64,000 bases of DNA from Eukaryota sp. TZLM1-RC (taxonomy: Eukaryota; Protista; Metamonada: BaSk clade), in assembly GCA_040285825.1 (NCBI GenBank), contig JAUPSS010000007.1, positions 2,702,689 through 2,766,688 of the forward strand. Direction: 5' to 3'. Each line of letters begins with the position of its first letter. Position 1 is the stretch's first letter. Below are positions 60,310 to 64,000 of the stretch, piece after piece. The translations under genes were made by a program, and so were the position numbers. Below the pieces are notes generated by a model. It ran no database searches. It was not told the DNA's origin and saw nothing but the letters and a program-made list of their open reading frames with translations.

Positions 60310-61626
60310 ATGAAAACAACCGACATATACCAGATTAAACTAGCTGATCTTCTTGTCTGGTATAGTTCCCATTCTTTAGGGGGCTTCAGTCGGTCTAAAA
60401 CTCCCATCATCAAGAACACTGCCGCAGAAGTCAAGCAACTATATCAACGTGACTATATCGTAGATGTCATCCAAAACAAATCCATTTGTAAAACTTACCC
60501 ACTTGAGATTATCATACCTCAACGCTCCCTCTACGCCATCTCGCAGTCTACATCAAACGTAGAATCTTCTTTATTCGACATTGAAACACTTAGCAACATT
60601 CTCCATCAATCTTCTTCCGCTCGTGCTCGACAACGTTGTCCGATCCCTTTTGTCTCGTTTGGTCCCCTCTGTGCTGTCCGTTCTGCCACTACTTCTATCC
60701 CTCTTGAAACAATGGGCCGTAACCTTTTCAAAACGCGAGACATTCCTTTCTATGAAGTCAAACAGCTTGATGCAATGCTCCTCTCTGATATCTTGGGTGT
60801 TCGCTACGTTGTTGACCTCATGGTTGAGAATGCAAAGGTAAAGTACGGTTTAACCGTAACTACGAGTGAGAAACAAGAAGCTGATGGTGAACTTTACAAA
60901 AACCTAGATATACTGACGATGCCGTATCCGGGTGTTGAATTGTTTTCAGCTTATCACCGTAAGCAATATGATTGTGTTTCTACAACATTTGAAGATGCTC
61001 TACATCCACCCACCGTGGAGGTCAAAATTGATCACGTTTTTCCTGAAAAGTCCAGTAATTTGATTGGTTTTGAGAAATTTGATCTTGTCACACTTACAAG
61101 TAACTATCTTGATGTTATTGTTGAAGCTTATGCCAAATCTATTGCCAATAGTTTATCTAACAAGAAATACACTGCGGAAAGTCTTAACGTTCACTGCATT
61201 TCTGGCTATGATAGGACCCCTGTCTTTGCTGCTTTTATAAGGCTTTTAACATGGGCAGATGGGTGGAGTCATCATAGTTTGAAGCCATCGGAAGTCTTGT
61301 TTTTGACCGTTGGTTATGATTTCTTTTTGTTTGGACATTTATTGTTTGAAAGATTTAATAAGAATGAGGATATAATTAGATTTTGTTTTGATTTTCTTGG
61401 GTTTTTATGCTCGCCAAAGTTTAGAATTTCTCATCGAATAGCCAAATATCTCGATTCTGACTATGAAGGACCTGAAGTGAATGATCCTCTTATTCATGAT
61501 TTGCACCATTTATATCAAAATTGTTTGAACCAAAACCATGAAGACTTTGGTGCTAAGTTGTTTGAAGTTCGTAGTTTGTTTATTCAAGTCTGGGATGATG
61601 TTGTCTGTAAATTAAGAAGGAATTAG
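60310..61626 (+). CDS. MTMR14: Myotubularin-related phosphoinositide phosphatase, MTMR14-like
   Basis: YP.EIIIP, DLMVE..KVKYGL.VT.SEK, PYPG.E.F, catalytic VHCISGYDRTP (CX5R), WADG and YD..LFGH. First ATG at 60310. Confidence 0.9.
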   Translation: MKTTDIYQIKLADLLVWYSSHSLGGFSRSKTPIIKNTAAEVKQLYQRDYIVDVIQNKSICKTYPLEIIIPQRSLYAISQSTSNVESSLFDIETLSNILHQSSSARARQRCPIPFVSFGPLCAVRSATTSIPLETMGRNLFKTRDIPFYEVKQLDAMLLSDILGVRYVVDLMVENAKVKYGLTVTTSEKQEADGELYKNLDILTMPYPGVELFSAYHRKQYDCVSTTFEDALHPPTVEVKIDHVFPEKSSNLIGFEKFDLVTLTSNYLDVIVEAYAKSIANSLSNKKYTAESLNVHCISGYDRTPVFAAFIRLLTWADGWSHHSLKPSEVLFLTVGYDFFLFGHLLFERFNKNEDIIRFCFDFLGFLCSPKFRISHRIAKYLDSDYEGPEVNDPLIHDLHHLYQNCLNQNHEDFGAKLFEVRSLFIQVWDDVVCKLRRN

Positions 61627-61769
61627 TTTTCCTTTTGAGGTTTATTATTTCACTAGTTTATTATTAAATTAATGTAAAGATTTGTTTTTAATTTCGCTGA
61701 ATATTGGTTGTTTTTTCATTGCCTAACGCATTCCATTTGAATCCATATCTTTGTCCCATCTCCTTTTTT

Positions 61770-62267
61770 ATGCAGGTCTTCATCACAGTAGGAACTACAT
61801 CATTTGATGAGCTAATTAGAGCACTCGATTCCATATCTTTCTACAATAAGTGTGTCGAAATAGGTTTCAACAATGTCATCTTCCAAATTGGTAATAGCAC
61901 TGTGGTCCCTGATCAGTGTCATGTGCCGAAATGCATCAAGATGTCCTGGTTTCGCTTTCAATCATCCCTTCATGACATCTTAGAGAAATCAGACCTTGTT
62001 ATCACGGCAGGAGGAGCAGGTACGATTTCAGAATCATTGAAATTGAACAAACGAGTCATTGTTGCTATTAACAGAACACTTTTGCACAACCACCAGATGG
62101 AACTCGCCTCAAAATACCAAGATTTAAATCATCTAGCCGTAGTTGATACACCTCATCTAGTCCCCTCTAGGCTTGATTATGTGATGAACCACACATTCAC
62201 ACCATTGCAAGAACCTGAGCCTGATGTGCTATTGAGACATCTGAAATCTCGGTTCTTCGATGTTTGA
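61770..62267 (+). CDS. ALG13: UDP-GlcNAc transferase catalytic subunit ALG13
   Basis: MQVFITVGTTSFDELI, QIG, DLVIT.GGAGTI.E and N..L..NHQ.ELA motifs. First ATG at 61770. Confidence 0.92.
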   Translation: MQVFITVGTTSFDELIRALDSISFYNKCVEIGFNNVIFQIGNSTVVPDQCHVPKCIKMSWFRFQSSLHDILEKSDLVITAGGAGTISESLKLNKRVIVAINRTLLHNHQMELASKYQDLNHLAVVDTPHLVPSRLDYVMNHTFTPLQEPEPDVLLRHLKSRFFDV

Positions 62268-62333
62268 TATCCTCAAAGGTTTCTCCATTAGTAGCTTTGT
62301 TGTATCCATCAGTATTCTCAAAGCAAACTTGAA

Positions 62334-62918
62334 ATGTCTATCAACTTCAAACAATCACAAAAGATTCTCTCTGAATGGCTTCCCAACCGTATGGATCCTC
62401 AGGCCATGAACCGTCGCCTGTGCAAGAGCGCCAACCTCCCAGAGAACGCCGATCCGTTCCTAATCCCCAGTCAAGAAGCTCACATAGCTGCTTTAATATG
62501 TAAGCTGAAGAGGGAAGAAGCTATGAGATTGAGTAGGGAACTGGAGGATGGCCTACTTTCAAACCTCGAACGTGAACGTCTTGCTTTGGAAGAAGCAGTT
62601 AACGCTCAACAAATTTCTATGGTACAATTAGAACAAAATCTCAGGGCAGAATGTGATTCAGGGTGGTTCATGTCAGAAGAACTTGAAAAACTGAAGGCTA
62701 AAATGCAATCTAAACAAGCCAGCACAAAGGAAATCGAACAATCTGTCAGATCTTTGGCGGAGGCAGCCAAGGAACTCGAAGAACATGCTGCCACTGCAAA
62801 GGAGAGAGAGCTGGTTGTCCGTGAGACCTCTGCTCTCAAAGAACAGGCTCAACATCTCGAGGTGGAAATTCAACAGCTTGAACAAATGAAATCTGAAACA
62901 GCAGCTGGTATTCGGTAG
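62334..62918 (+). CDS. Hypothetical coiled-coil protein (194 aa)
   Basis: Intact ATG ORF with gene-like GC content and E/K/Q/L heptad character; followed by aataaa. Confidence 0.7.
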   Translation: MSINFKQSQKILSEWLPNRMDPQAMNRRLCKSANLPENADPFLIPSQEAHIAALICKLKREEAMRLSRELEDGLLSNLERERLALEEAVNAQQISMVQLEQNLRAECDSGWFMSEELEKLKAKMQSKQASTKEIEQSVRSLAEAAKELEEHAATAKERELVVRETSALKEQAQHLEVEIQQLEQMKSETAAGIR

Positions 62919-63289
62919 TTGTTTAATAGTTGTTTAATAAAAGCAGTCGTATGTTGATATTGTTTTATTTAGTTGTTTGGGAAGTTGAATCGAATTACAG
63001 CAGATTCATTATGAATGGTGTGAACAGCGCACCGTTTTCCTACATTACATAGAAGTTGAATAGAAGGTCGACATTTTTGATTATTCTTGGCCTCGACCAG
63101 TAAAGTTGAGCTACATTTTATGCCGTTGTCCAAGTTGTCAAATTCCCAAATATATGATATTCCTAATATATCACGGCCATAAAAGATAAAAAGAGTTGGA
63201 ATTAAAATAAAGTCTTATAATGGTAAACTTGATATGTTGCTTTACATCCAATTTCATCATTTGGTCAATTTTCTCAGAAATTGAGTTCA

Positions 63290-63830
63290 ACTTATCAAAC
63301 TTTGGTTGAGGAGGACACTTTGAACTCTTTTGTTCGTAACAGAGGTGATTTAATGCTTGAAGAACTTGATGGGACCACTATCGATACTGATGTGTGTAAT
63401 AATTCTTTCATACCATTAGCTCAGTCAAAACACAAGAATCCGCTGTCTGTTGCCGCAAATTCTAAAATTGATAAATATAAAGCATAGTTAATTTCCTTGA
63501 ATGCTGAATCTCACACTTATTATGTCCTTTGTTCATTTGCTTTTTCCTTACATGGTACGCTTGGACCTCTTGCTTTATCTTTTATGGATGATTTTGTTGA
63601 AATTGAAAAACAACGTACAGGAAGAATTTTTGACAAAACGTTTTGGCAGAACAGAAATGTATTTTCAATTTTCAAAGGTGTTGTATCGTTATTGTCTTCC
63701 TCTTTAATATCTCTTGGTCGCTTTTATGAAGGAATAACTTCCAGTCAATTTTTGTTGGCTGATTTGGGATAAGAAGATTTAGAATTTTAATTTTTGTGTT
63801 TAGTTTTCTGAAAGTAATAAATTCAAAACG
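63290..63830 (+). mobile_element. 3' remnant of family E retrotransposon
   Basis: NRGDL..DG, FAFSLHGTLG, TGRIFDKTFWQNR and FLLADLG*. Confidence 0.7.
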
Positions 63831-64000
63831 TATCAAACAATTCTTTGGTAACTTCATCATTATTTCCTAAAACCGAACCCCAGTGAAATAAATCGAGATC
63901 GACAAGACAAATCCATAGAAAAAAGTGATTTATTGTACAGTAATATATTGTAATATGTACAGTAATATTGTACAGTAATACAAGAAACAATGTTAGAGAA

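Noticed and set aside
63930-63982. Short tacagtaatattg tandem repeats
   Set aside because: Low-complexity minisatellite at the window edge with no interpretable structure.
1-64000. Alternative genetic code (TGA/TAG recoding) to explain the many in-frame stops
   Set aside because: Conserved host genes are uninterrupted and end in TGA, TAA and TAG; the stops are confined to TE relics and pseudogenes.

Overview
This is AT-rich, gene-dense, apparently intron-poor eukaryotic DNA, most likely from a microbial eukaryote (the lineage cannot be proven from sequence). It uses the standard genetic code. Intact host genes are SepSecS, a GPC1-like acyltransferase, two ERMP1-like M28 peptidases, an RCC1+LRR protein, two histone H4 genes (one strongly variant), the primase small subunit, an MTMR14-like phosphatase, ALG13 and a coiled-coil ORF; a bPH-domain gene is split across two frames. 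These sit as islands among transposon remnants. The remnants include about 20 truncated copies of several CRE-like RT/restriction-like-endonuclease non-LTR retrotransposon families. There are four Fanzor (eukaryotic TnpB-like RNA-guided nuclease) remnants from probably three families, one keeping a putative omega-RNA end 37 nt upstream of the SepSecS ATG. Also present are a young 831-bp mini-LTR element nested in a Fanzor, a pogo-like TIR element with three tandem copies of a DDE-less transposase gene, a phage-type tyrosine recombinase relic and a ~2.9-kb duplicated segment. All calls come from motif recognition by eye, with no database searches. Boundaries of degraded elements are approximate.
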